Position numbers and translations under genes: made by a program. From the NCBI RefSeq assembly GCF_009914755.1, contig NC_060933.1: 64,000 nucleotides of DNA. One strand, given 5' to 3'. The notes below the pieces were generated by a model. The model had not been told where the DNA came from and ran no database searches. It was given only the letters and a program-made list of their open reading frames with translations. Source of the stretch: the human T2T-CHM13v2.0 reference genome, Homo sapiens. Each line of letters begins with the position of its first letter. Position 1 is the first letter of the stretch. Shown here piece after piece: positions 43,797-60,849 of this stretch.

Positions 43797-45118
43797 ATTA
43801 CCGCAGCCTAATTTGACCTTTTATGCAACCATCTCCCTTCAGTTCACAGACAGCATTTTTACTGAGACTGTGACACGGATTTCTGGGCTTCTTTTTTTTC
43901 CTTTTTGAGAAAACAAAAGCAAAAAGCTTGCAAGTCTCCCATCTTTTCCAATGGCGTTAATCATTAAGGTAAAATCCCGGGCCTCGTTTTGCATAGAAAA
44001 TGCCCTGGTGTTTATTCTGTATAGACCTGATATACATTGAACGATTAACTAGGCTACTCTCTTTTGCAGAGGTGATGGCTGTGCTGCATTCATTCAACAA
44101 ACAGTTATCAGGCACTATGTGTCGGCTGCTGTTACATGAAGGAGAAGATACAACTGCAAAGGAGATGCAGTTCTTGCTCTCAAGGAGTGTTATACAAGGC
44201 AGGTCATGCGCAGGGTGCTTCTAACACGGAGGAAGAGGTGATTCTCTTGCTGGGGGTGGGGATGTTGACAGCCGCTTCACAAAGGAGACAAAATGTGAGC
44301 TGAATCTCCAAGAAAGAGATCACCAAGAAGAGGTGGGGGGGGGGCCATCTGAGCAGAGGACACAGCAAGAGGAAAGGCACAGAGTGGGGCTCAACACGGA
44401 TGGAGTGTTGGGGGACAGTAGTGGGAGATGAAGCTGGAGCGCTCTGAGTCACACTGTGAGGAGACTGACTGTCACACTGGGGAGGCTGGACTTTACCCAG
44501 CAGACTGCAGAGACACCTATGGCAGGAAACGTCCCTATGAGAATAAAGGTGGAAGTATTATAGATAGGCTGTGACCTGCATTAGGCTCTTCCACACAAAA
44601 CCACATTCCAGGCAGACGAGTTTCCTCTCTGTTCCTGAAGCACAGCGAGCCCTGCCCTGCCTTGGGGTTTTGCTCCTGCCAAAAGGTTTGTTCCTGCAGA
44701 CTGGGACACTCTTCCATCCACTCTTTCACTGGCTGGCTCCTTTTCACACTCCAGGAGGAAGCTCAAACTGCGCTTGCTCTGAGAGTCCTTCTGTGGCCTG
44801 TCTTCTTAAACGTTCCCTCACCCCCTAGCTAGTCACTATTATATTAACCCTGTTTGGTTCCTTCTCAGGATTTATCACAACCTGAAATCATCTTGTTTTT
44901 GAATTGCCTGTTTATTGCCTCCACCAATGGAATGGAAGTTCCATGAGGGAAGGGCCCTTGTCTTGTTCACTACCCATGTCTAGAAAGGCAGGCTGCAAAA
45001 CCAACGTTGATTGAATGAATTAACTACTTAATGTGTTTCCAGAGTTCTAGCTGCAACTACACCCCCTTTTCTCCAACTGAACAAAGTATTTATGAGTATG
45101 AATGAGCAAGAGTGATAG

Positions 45119-45560
<442 letters not shown>

Positions 45561-47814
45561 AATACTTTTGAAGGACAAGCACACAGACAATCTTCATTTT
45601 GTTTCCCAGATCTACCAGTTTTCATACATGAAGCCTGGGACATCTTACTTAGCTACTCCCTAGTCTCTGGAATCTGTCTTATTTTTTAGAAGTAAATAAA
45701 TTTGCAAATTTCAATATCTTACTTAAATTACTTGTGACACACATCACAAATAATCAAGACACATAAAGGCATCACAACCTCAAACTGAGACTTCCTAAAT
45801 AGGAGAAGCAGCTTTTTAAAGCCCAAGTATGTCATGATCCATTTCAGGGCATAAAAAAAATCCTTTATTATATCCAAAGCATTTCAGCTAGGATTTGATA
45901 TCTACAAAGATGGCAATGTAACCTCAAAGAGTTACTCGCATTTCTACCTACAAGTAATTTTTTGTTTGTGGTTTTACAGCACGTAAAGGGTTTGGAAGTC
46001 CTCTGGAAAGGTAAACTTCGTGTACAGTTAATCATTTCCTGGATGTTTGTCATATACTGGGCACTAGGATATAGAAATAGAAATAAGATAGAAGTCCAAC
46101 TCTTGCAGCACTGAGAACAGGAGAGGTAAGACACAGCCAGGGTCACGACAGGTGTTACTCAAATACAGTCTTATAACAATGCTACCATTTATCAACCCTC
46201 TACTATGCATTTTGTGTGTGTAACTCACTATATACTCATAGCCATCCCAGAAGGCAGGTACTATTACTGTCATCTCCTTCCCCTTCTATTTTACAGATGA
46301 GGACTATAAGGTACAGAAAGGTTAAGTATCTTCTCTAGGGTCACACAGCCATTAAATGACCAGAGCCTGGATTCAAATCCAGACAGCCCAACTCTAGAGC
46401 CCTCATGCCCAACCATCATACTACATTGTGTCACGGGAACAAAGGGGCAGGAAAGACCATTTTTGGCTGTAGGAAGGGGATACTTCCTGGGAAAGACACC
46501 ATTCGTGTTTGCCTTTAGAGATGGGTAGACTTTCAAGAGGCAGCTACGGGGAAGGACTGTTTCCTGGCAAGGGGATAGCATTCGTGAAGATCTAAAAATT
46601 CTTGATGAATAGCATGCTGTAGAGTATAGGCTACATAAGAAGAAGTAAGATAATGATGGGGAAATGGGCTAGGCTAGGGCCAGGTTATGGAGTGTCAGAA
46701 TGCCAGTAAGGATTTGGGCTTTAGTTAGCAGCCATTCGTGAGCCCCTGAAGGCTTCTGAGTAGCAGAGGCACGTGGAGCAAACTTGAGGATGGACTGGAG
46801 AGGGAGATGGCAATGGGAGACCACTTAGGAAGTCATTTAATAATCCAGGCAAGGGGAACAAAAACAGCCTAGGAAAGTGACAGTGAGATAAAACAGGAAG
46901 TAGCAAATGAGAGCGATTACAGAAGAAACTCAACAGGACTTGATGTTGGATTGGAACTTGGAGTAAACCGAAGAGTCAAAGATGCATCTCAGGTTATTTG
47001 ACACTGGGAGGATGGAGACACCATTAACTCAGATAGGGAAGACAGGAACAGGCTTGGCAGAGGAAAGGAGTCAGATAAATTTCCTTTGGGGATATAAGGA
47101 ATTCATCTCATTATTCTCAAGCCAAACCACCAGGAAGATTTTCTATTATTTGAAGTCCTGTTCAGGAATCCTTCCCACTAACTGCTTTCCAATTGTTCTG
47201 TGACCTTTTACCTACTGAAATTGAGACAGGCACTTGTTGTGAGAGACTTAAGAAATTATTATATTTAATTACTTAGACTCTTCTGTCCTAGAAGGCTATG
47301 ATGTCGTGTAATCCCATCGCGAGTACAGGAAAGCCAAAAGTCAGTTTCTTTGTTCAAGGAATTCAAAGCAAGGTGGGGAGGGGGGAGGCAAGAACTGCTG
47401 TCCAACTTGGGCAAAAGTTACATCCTAGAATTGAATTTGAAACCATTAACAGTTCAAGACGCGTTGCTCTGGTTCTAAAGAGGTGAATTAACATTTGGGG
47501 AGTGAACAGTGCTAGAAGTTGCAGCAGGTAAATTAGTCATAGATCCTTCTCAGAAAGACGGTATGGTTTATTCCCTCATTACCTGTGTGATCTATGGACC
47601 AGTGCCCTTAGCACCAAGAAACAGCTTATTAGAAATCTCAGGACCTACCGCAGACCTACTGAATCAAAATCATTTTACTAGGATCTCCATATACACCCAT
47701 TTATTTTGAGAGTAGGGGCTTTGGAATCAGATGTATCTGGGTTTAAATCTCAGCTTAGCCACTTACTACTTACTAGCAGGTAGCCTCCTGTACTTGCTTC
47801 CTCATGTCTAAAAT

Positions 47815-47992
47815 CAGTATGTGGTTCTACACCTTGGCTTCACATCGGAATAGGCTGGGAGTGCTTTCAAAAATTCCAAGCCCAGGCCACACTACACACC
47901 AATTACAACAGAATCTCTGCGGGTAGGATCCAAACATCAGGATTTAAAGGCCTCTCAGGTGATTCCAATGTGCACTCAAAGCTGAGAACCAC
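47815..47992. mobile_element. MER5A-like MITE
   Basis: gtggttct...agaatctctg...caggtgattccaatgtgca...tgagaaccac. Confidence 0.65.
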
Positions 47993-49524
47993 GCATGGCT
48001 TTGAAGAATAGGAGTGTGGCCATTGGAACCAGACAATCTTTACTTGTATCCTGTATCTACCACTTCTTATATATGAGACTGGGGCTTCTTAACCTCTCGC
48101 TAAACTTTAACTTCCTTCATCTGTAAAATGAATATGACCTGTAGTACCTCGTTCAAAGGACTCTGGGCATTGAAGGAGGTGAAACATGTAAAGCACTTAG
48201 CACAGTGCACAATATTATTATTTATGCAAGGCCCAGCTTCCTTTGCAGAAGGAACCTAGGAAGCAACATGTGGGTTGAAGTATCATATAAACACCAATCT
48301 GCAGCCATGCTCATACCTTACCCACCAGAGGGGAATTCCAATTACTTGGCCACCAAAACGTTAGTGGGTTTTGCCTCAGCTATTGAAAAAAATGCAAAAA
48401 AAAGTCTTATTTTTCATTAGAGAATCTGAGGCAAAAGTTGGTTGGCAAGTAACTTTTGCAGAACACGTGGGGGTTCTGCTGGAAGCATCCAAAATGCTTC
48501 CGGATGTGGGGTCAGCACCAGGTGCAGAAGCGGCCATGGCAGATCACACAGTGCTTTTTCTTTGAACTGTCCTAGCACGTCAGGCAACAGACCCTGCACC
48601 TCATCTGCCTGGTGCCTCACAGCAATCTCCCCACTTAGAAAATCTAGAATGAGCTCGAAGGGCCTTTACAAAGACTCTTGTCCAACTGCTTTGCTTTTTA
48701 GAGTGCCGCAAAGAGGTAACCAAGGCCCAGGGAGCTGAGAAGACTTATGCGGGGTCATACGCAATTTAAAGCCATAACCAGAAGGCATAAAATGACCCAG
48801 TCAGATGTGGAGGAAACAGCCTAGTAGTGAAAAAAGAATTGAATGAAAGGGGAAAAAAGACATAATAGTGCTTTGAACCAAAGAGCTTTATAAACACTTG
48901 TGGCTTTAACCTGCCCAGGAGGTAGATAAGCATGTGCCCTTTAGTTTGTCCTCAAACTCAACCTCTTGCAAGAGGTTAAGGAACACACCCAAGGTTGGAA
49001 TTGACACTCAGACCTCCAGACTTCCTGGCTTTGGAGCTGGAAGTTCAGCCTCCACCTCCCTTGTCTATCAGGAAAAACATCTGGGTTATAATGCTTGAGG
49101 ATGGGATATCAAGGGGAAGTGGTGGAAGTTCGGTTCTTCAAGAAACTTTGAGCAAGACTGCATGAGACCCTGCTAGGGGCCCCTCCCATTCCGAGTCATG
49201 CCTCAAAGAAGTTTCTGCACTTCTATCCTGGAGGCTCCCCTTGTATGACCTTTAGAGAAATCTATTTGCCTAAGACGTTGGATGGAAGGAAAGAGAGCTG
49301 AGACTTCAAAATGTGTGAACACAGACACACCCCAAGGAGCTGCCTAAAGTAACAAAGCCTTTCCTTCACATGGCCACTTCTGCCTGTTCTAACAGGGATC
49401 CCCAGCCACATGAGCGAGTGCCTAAAGCAAAGCAAGAGGAACAGGCAGGACCACAAGAAGAAAAAAGCAAGGGGAAGTCATCTTTAAAGGCCAAAAGGTC
49501 ACATAAAACATAATAAAATACAAC

Positions 49525-49709
49525 CGTTTCCTTTAAAAATTTTAATGGACAGGAAATGGTATAGAATAACTGCCAAGTCACATAAGTTAACTTTTTTGTT
49601 AATGTTTGTGATCCCGGAAAGAACACACTATCAGTCGATGCAAACCGCATGGGCGTTTTCATCAGTCGTTGTCTGAGCACATGACCGAGTGTGGGCCACG
49701 GACCCATCT
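49525..49709 (-). terminator. NDUFA8: NDUFA8 3' UTR with ATTAAA polyadenylation signal (49541-49546)
   Basis: Plus-strand tttaat reads ATTAAA on the minus strand ~165 nt after the stop, followed by a U/GU-rich downstream element. Cleavage site is approximate. Confidence 0.75.
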
Positions 49710-49931
<222 letters not shown>

Positions 49932-51336
49932 TCATTGCTCCCGCTGCTACAACTGCTCCCCGACTTAAATTCCCAGCAAATCACATTCAGACGTATTTAA
50001 TCATTGAACAAACACTCAGGAAAGCCTACTTTATGTCATTCCATGTGGTAGAAACTAGGGATACAGAAGGGAACAAGATACTGTCCTCAAGGGGATCACA
50101 GTCTAGTGAGGGAGAAAGCCAGGAATAACAACCAAGATTTCCAAATCACCCTGATGGCTAATGGCAATGATGGAGACAGGAACTGCCTCTATAGGAGCAA
50201 GGACTGTGCACATCTAACCCATCCTGAAGGCTGGGGGTCTGGAATATTTTTAAGGAGGTAAGACTTAGCTTAAAGTCTGAGCAGGAGCCAGTCAGAAAGG
50301 CAAGGGAGGAAAAGACATTCCAAGGAAAGACTACATATGAAGATAGGCAGGCATGTCTTCAGAATGGCTGAATCAAAGGCTGCATGAAGAATGGAGGGAG
50401 ATGAAGCATCTCACCAAGAACTTATTGCTAGAAATGATGCTGAGCACATGATTCCATTCCATTTTCACTCTTAGGAGGTCATTCTGCAGGGGCTCACTGA
50501 GGCCACCTAGCTAATAGTGGAAGAAATTGTACACAAAGCCAGATATGCCTACTCCAAAGCTTGTGCTTCTTAATACCACACTACAGTGGTGGACAGGCCA
50601 GATGATAAAGGGTATTAAATGATATGCAAAGGTGTTTGCGTTTTAACCTGACGGTTAACAGGTGCCACTGAAGCACGGCAGTAACTAAATCCCATCTCTG
50701 TAGGCTGGGAAGTGTGAAAGCTAAAGTGGAGAGAGGCAAGACCCAAATTGGGGAGCTGAGCCAATAAGCCAGGAGAGTGGTGAAGTACTAAACTGCAACA
50801 GGGAGAGAGATAATTTACACTCACAGTATCCCCTGATGGTCACAAAAATCTCAACTGGAAAGCCAGCAGAAACTGCTGTCATTTTAAAGATAAAGAAATA
50901 GGCCCAGAGAAGTAAGAAGACATAAGGCCACAGCTGTCAGCAGTCTTCTGATTATTCTTCTACTGGGCTGAACTCTTAAGTCACCTCATGTAAAATGACC
51001 AGATTCATCTTCCTAGATGTATAAATTCAGAAACCTTTTATTGGGAACAGAGCTTTTGTGTATACAATCACCCAATTATTATTATAACCACCTTATGAGG
51101 CATTATTATCTCTAGTGCACAGATGAAGACCAGGGAGGTTGGCATGCCTAAGATAAGATACACACTAATGTCAGAGCTAAAGCTGGAACCTAAGTCTTCA
51201 AGTCTACTAGTTTCGTTTGTTTGCTTTTGAAAGTTATCCCACCGCCCTGTCATAAGTACAGATGGTTCCTAATGATCCACTAGTGGTTCCTTGGTATTTG
51301 CAGCTCCTTTAAGGAATTAAAGACATTTATGAAATT

Positions 51337-51730
<394 letters not shown>

Positions 51731-52090
51731 ATCGAGAAATACACTTTTGAAAAGAGTTAAGAGAATTTTTTTTTTATCTCACAGAGTTTTAAAAAATGTT
51801 AATACAAAGATTCAAGAATAAATATGCTTTCTTACTAGCATGACTTGTTATTTCTTCTTTCATAAGTCAGAAATGAGAAAAGGTAGTTTTATTTGTTACA
51901 TGTATAAGTTCTACCACTTTCCAATCTAGAATTATCAACTATTTAAAATAATATGTTCAGTACATCAAAAAGTATCTGAAAATAATCAAGCCAGATATAA
52001 AAGACAAAAAAATTGCTAAGTTATTACTCATGACACCAAGCTTATAATCCAACCATTCACAGATGCTATACACAAAGAGAAGGGAACTAG

Positions 52091-52438
<348 letters not shown>

Positions 52439-53086
52439 TCAGATCATAAAGGGCCTGCATGCCATGTTATGGAGAAGATGCTTTATCTCACCAGCAATGG
52501 AGAGTCCCCGTACAGTTTTTAAAAACACAGTGACATAAGATTTGTTTTCCACACAGATCACTCTTCTTGTGGAGGTGTAATTTAATCCTCAATTCTTCAA
52601 TTTCATCTAAAGCCCACATTGATCCACCCTCCTCTCCCAGAAATTCATGTACCCCAGGTTAAGAACTCCTGTCCAAGAATAAGATAACAGCAGCAGGAAC
52701 AATGAGAGGATTAAAAAAAAAAATTCCAGAAGATGCTAATCTAAAGGAAGTGATGACTGCATGGAATCAGTAGGGAATGAAGAATTCAGGTTTCTAGCTC
52801 TGATGTTTCAACAGATGGTGGTGTCAAAACTAAGATAGGAAATATAGGAGAAAGAGAAACACTTTTAAAAGTACAAGAATGTAGTTTTAAAAAAAAAATC
52901 TTAGATATGTTCCTGAAAAATGTGGCATAAGCCTGATCCTATTTCCCCAGTGAATTCCACAATAACCTCCACAATGTTTTCAACTGACAGTGTTTCACTA
53001 ATACTTTATCTTTCTCTACTCCCTTCTGTTCTTTAATTAGCTAATTAACTAAAAACAAACCTGCACATGCTAGAAGGCCTAAAGAA

Positions 53087-53394
<308 letters not shown>

Positions 53395-53581
53395 CAGAAA
53401 TATTTCTATTTTTAAAAATTCCTTTCTGGATTGTGTATAATCACTGCCTAATTAATATGTTTGGTAAATCTGGTAAGTTCTTACATCATATCTGTATTTA
53501 CAGAGACCCTTTGCTGACCACCTCCTGCCTTTATCCCACCCCTGAATCAGAAAGTGAGACCTCCAGCAGAAGCCTTTTTAC

Positions 53582-53747
53582 CTTTGACAGTTCTCCCAGG
53601 TCAGGCCGCACCCAGCCCAGTTTGTCCAGCACACACTCGTCAAACTTTGCCTGCTGTTTGCGACAGTGACGAAATAACTGCTGGCCAGTATAATCAATGC
53701 AAGTCCAATATTCTGTAAAAGGCTCTGCACAGTGACGTTTTATCTGC
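53582..53747 (-). CDS. NDUFA8: NDUFA8 coding exon 3 (aa R72-K127, second twin-CX9C hairpin)
   Basis: Translates (R)[55 protein letters not shown], also visible in ORF 53531..53785. Acceptor ctttcttttccag|G, donor AAG|gtaaaa. 166 nt. Confidence 0.97.
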
Positions 53748-55039
53748 CTGGAAAAGAAAGCTGGGTTAGGGGCATCTCTTTGCAAAACAATGAAAAACAG
53801 AAAAGTGAGAAAAAAATAGGTACAGATCTCAAATACATAGCCTTGCTTTTTGAAAGGTATGTGAGTACATATTCTTATCTCACTTACAAGACAACTTCAG
53901 GATCCTCAAGTTGAGAACAAGTTAGTAAACAAAAAAGATTTCTGAGGTAGAAAACCTAATTTCTTTATATAGTAAGAAGAAAAGAGTGTAGCCTAATGCA
54001 CGCCTATTTTACTCAGAGAGGAACTCCTTACTTGGGGCCTATTTATTCTTTTCTTTAGATCCAATTCCTCTAAGGGTATCAGCTTAGCAAATTTAGAAGA
54101 GGAGGAGGCATAATTAAATAATGGACATGCTGATAGAAGTCAAACGTGACAGACAATGGCAAAGGAAGAGACAGAATTATAAAAAGCAAATACACAAACT
54201 AACAAGCAGAAGATCCTGGGATCATTCAGTATAAAGACAAACTGTACTCCACTCCTCAAAAGCTCAAGGTCCTCATTTTATTTACGCATTGAACAAAAAT
54301 AGATATTAATCCTTGCTATCAAGAACAAAGTTATATTATATTTGGTATTCTCTGCTAAGAAGCAGGGTAGCATATAATTCATTCTGTGGCCATCAAAAAT
54401 GGCTAGAGAAAATTTAACTTCTGTGTATAAAAAGAATAAGTTTCAGTTTTTTGCAAAATCCTCCTTATCTTATCATTCAACCCTACTAGTATGCATGTTC
54501 AAGCAAGAATAAAATATCATCATTTTATGTAAAAGCCATACTTGAGGCAGTGAAATTCAGAACACCTCTTTCTCCCAATGAAATAATAATTTTATTATTT
54601 AAGTGCTTACCTGTCATACTCCAGAAATCTAGCTACACTCTCACATGAATCTTGTTTAACATGGATCAGGAAGGAAGGATCTCAGAGATGGCTTAAGGAA
54701 GTATACAGTGAAAAATCTGCTTTCCACCCTGCCCAATAAGCCACTCAGTTGCTCTCCTAGAGGTCCACCAATGTCACCAGCTTCTTAGGTTTCCCTTCCG
54801 GGTATACTAAGCATAACCTGCACCCACATAACTTCTACTCAAGAATCACTTTGGTAGAAAGCAACCATTTCCAATGGGAGTTTTATATTCCTCCAAAATG
54901 CAGCAGCAGCAGACGGGCTGCAAGCCACTACTCTAGTAGCATGGATCCCTGTTCTGGACCCTGTTACCCATACCTAACAATTATCTACTAATGCCTACAA
55001 CCAGCAACTTCAGCAGTGAGAAATTCCTCTATGGATTCA

Positions 55040-56465
<1,426 letters not shown>

Positions 56466-56659
56466 GATGATCATGAAGACTATATAGCAACTTCGAAGAG
56501 TGTTTCCAATAATATCAAGTGAAAAATGAATTTCTCAATGTATACATACTATGATTATAACCACAAAAATATCTTTGCATAGGGACAGAGACAGCAGAAG
56601 CAAGAAAGGAGGAAAGCAGCTACTGTGCTAAGGTATCTATTTTTTTTCTCTAACTTCAT

Positions 56660-57215
56660 TGTAGTGGACATCGGTGGTTTCTGCCTAGCCAGCAGTCATT
56701 CCCCATTCTTCCGTAACATCCTTCTAATTTTCCTTTGGGAACAACCCCTCCCTGTCTCTCAGCAATGTGGTTTGGATGAAGCTAAGTCCACTCCCCATCT
56801 CAGGCCTGAGCAATCAGAGCTTTTTATCTCCTGAAGCACAAGTGATGCAATGATATGTATACGAAGTCCGCCAGCCAGGACAATTAGACTCAGTCCAGGA
56901 GCTTCTGCTCACTTCTGGATAAAGGGCACACTTTGTCTAGGTTTGCTAAGCAAGTATCAACAGAACAGCAACTCGAGTGGCTGGTGGCCATTTTTGGTAC
57001 AGCAAGGTGAGAGTCTTTCCAAAATGAGGTCAACAGAGAAAACCAGAACTAAGAGATTGTGAAAAGAGGAGAGGCAAAAAGACATCAAGTAGTTGTGAAA
57101 TTATTTAAGCCCTTGAATCCAGCCCTGCCTGATGCCAGGCCTATTTCTGGACTTCAGAGTTACAAGAGCCAATTTCCTTTGAGTTGACTTTCTCTCCTTT
57201 TAAATAGAGTGCTAA
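56660..57215 (+). mobile_element. Old MaLR LTR (MLT1-like)
   Basis: Diverged MLT1-type motifs (ccagccctgcctgatgcc...ctggacttc...gagccaat). Confidence 0.45.
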
Positions 57216-57713
57216 TATGCTTGTTAAAACATTTTCCTACAATTACACAGCTTAGTTTTTTTTTACTTAAGTATCATGCACAATGACCTACGTAAAACCT
57301 AACTCCGCATACAGTTTTCTTTCCATCATACCTGTGTTCTGTAGTAATGACAACAACCTAGTGAATGCCTGCTTAAAAAGGACTGTGATAGGTTGTTTTA
57401 CGTGCCTTTTCAAATTTTTCACAGCAAAAAGACTTTCCCCTTGCTGTAGCAAAAATGGTCACCAGTCACTTGCTTAGCAAACCTAGATAGGTATTATTTT
57501 ACAATTTGGAAACTGAGATTCATGGAGATAAAAGAACTTGCCAGATAATAAAAACAAAACCAAAAATAATTATCATCCTTTGAATGTTTTACCTTGGTCT
57601 GATTTCAAAGCCTATGTACTTCCTAATAAAATCCAGATTATTAGCTGGCTGTTCACTTATTCATTTAAACCTTTATGCTTCAACCAAGTAGGCACTGATA
57701 CCAAAGATTTTTA

Positions 57714-57878
<165 letters not shown>

Positions 57879-58025
57879 CTAGGAAAGGAAAGATGGGACA
57901 AAGGCCACAGACTGTGAACCAGAATACCACTTTCTCAGCTTTACCTCATGCGGGTCAGAATAGAGAACACAAAAGTAGCACTGTTCTGACTTTACCAAGA
58001 AAATTAAACACTGTCATAATAATAA

Positions 58026-58293
<268 letters not shown>

Positions 58294-58451
58294 TAGAGCA
58301 GAAGAAATGGCACCCCTAATAGAATCTTTATTTATGGTAGAGAGAAAAGGGGTGTAGAGAAGGATGGAGTCTTCTGGGATGCAGGGAGAGGAACCAACTC
58401 TGGAGAGCTTTGCTGAGTTTCTGCTGCTGGAATAAAATTAATAGATATATA

Positions 58452-58773
<322 letters not shown>

Positions 58774-58845
58774 AAGGATAAATAAAACTCCCAGAGGACT
58801 ACGGAGTCACAGAAGATGAGGCTGGAAGAGATCACAAAGAGCATC

Positions 58846-58890
58846 TAGTCCATCTAGTAATAGTCCATCTAGTAATAGTCCATCTAGTAA
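58846..58890. repeat. Perfect 15-bp tandem repeat x3
   Basis: tagtccatctagtaa three times. Confidence 0.95.
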
Positions 58891-60538
58891 TAACTAATAA
58901 TAAAGTACTAAAATCTGCAAATTTTTTAAAAATCAGAGCGTATCCAAGGTTGCCACCCCTTTAACTATGCCCACCAGTTTTGCTCAATAGTATTTTAGTG
59001 ATATTTTCTTGAGAAGATACACAGTGTAGATATAGCCAGCTCAGAGAGAACTGCAAACTGTCCAGGGCCTACAAACAGCTGCTTAAGCAAGAGACCTGTG
59101 GTCCCTTTTCTGTACTACCTTTTCTTATACCAATACCACAATGTTTTAATTACTGTCACTGAAGATAACATTTTGTTATCTGGGAGAACCATCCTCCTCA
59201 TTCTTCCTTTTCAAAACTTTTTTGGCTATTCTTTCAGATGAACACCTTCCCCCAATAATTTGCATTCAAATTGTATTAAATTTAGTTATATGTTAAATTA
59301 GGGAACAATGGGCAGTTTTTATAATACTGGGTGCCTGCTCAAACTTCACATCCTCAGAGAGCCTCTCTCTAATCATCTTATATAAGCTATCATCAGTGGT
59401 CACTCATGTGGTCTGGTCTTAGCATTCATGTGCTAAGTCTGATCAATTCTAGACATACTTGTTCTTTCCTCTCTGTAAGCACAGTTTCTGTGTTAAGCAC
59501 CAATTACACTGGGGTCATTAACATCTTTCTCAATAATTTTAAGAGCCCCTGAGTGGTCTGTGTGTGACTAGAACATAAGCTCCCAGAGGGAAGGGATTTT
59601 GTTTTCAACAGAGATCCACTACTGTAAAGATATCAATTCTCCCCAAATTAAGCTATGGTAATTAAATATAATGTTGACTACGGTACACACCAAGCACCCA
59701 AAATAGTGTCTAGCACAAGTAGCTGTTGAGCACCCACTCTTTGCTAGAAAATGGGGATACAATAATTAGAAAACAGATATGAATACATCAATCACACCTT
59801 CTCATCCACAACACAGTATTTCTCTCCATTTATTCATATTCAAGTCATTCTTGTCCTTTGGTTAAAACTAGTTTCCTTCATTATAGGGACCTTGAACATT
59901 TCTTGTTTATTCCTCAGTATTTTAGCACTTTTGATACTATCTAAATAGGATAGTTTTTCTATTAGACTTTCAAACTGTTTACTGCTTGCTTGTATACTGT
60001 ATTTTCTCTCCAGCCATCTTACTGAACTCTTGTTAGTTCTGACACAAAACTCAAGAAGATTAACAGAAAAACTGCCATTTACAAATAAAAACTGTCTCTT
60101 TCCCTTCTGCTACTTTATTTTTTTCTTCTTATTCTCATTTCCTATTTTATTGCTTTAACCAACCCCTTCAGGACAATACAGACGAAGAGCAATGACAGCA
60201 GACAACCTTCCCTTTTTCTAAAATTAAAAGCAAGTTTGGTATAATATTTGCTGTTGGTATCTGGAATATAGTTGTTTGGATATTCCTTGTTAAGAAAGCT
60301 TCTTTCTAATTCTAATTAGTTTTGCTTTACTGTTGTTTTCTATACCAGAAAAGACTAAAATTTTTAGGCTTCGTTTTCATTAATTTATAAATGTAACATA
60401 GAGCATTAACAGATTTTGTAAAACTGATCCAATGTATTTCTAGAATAAAATCTAGTCTGTCACAGTGTATTATGCTTTAATACTCTACTGAATTTGATTT
60501 GTAAAATTAAAAATTGTTGTGTGAGAACAGTCTGTAAT

Positions 60539-60849
<311 letters not shown>

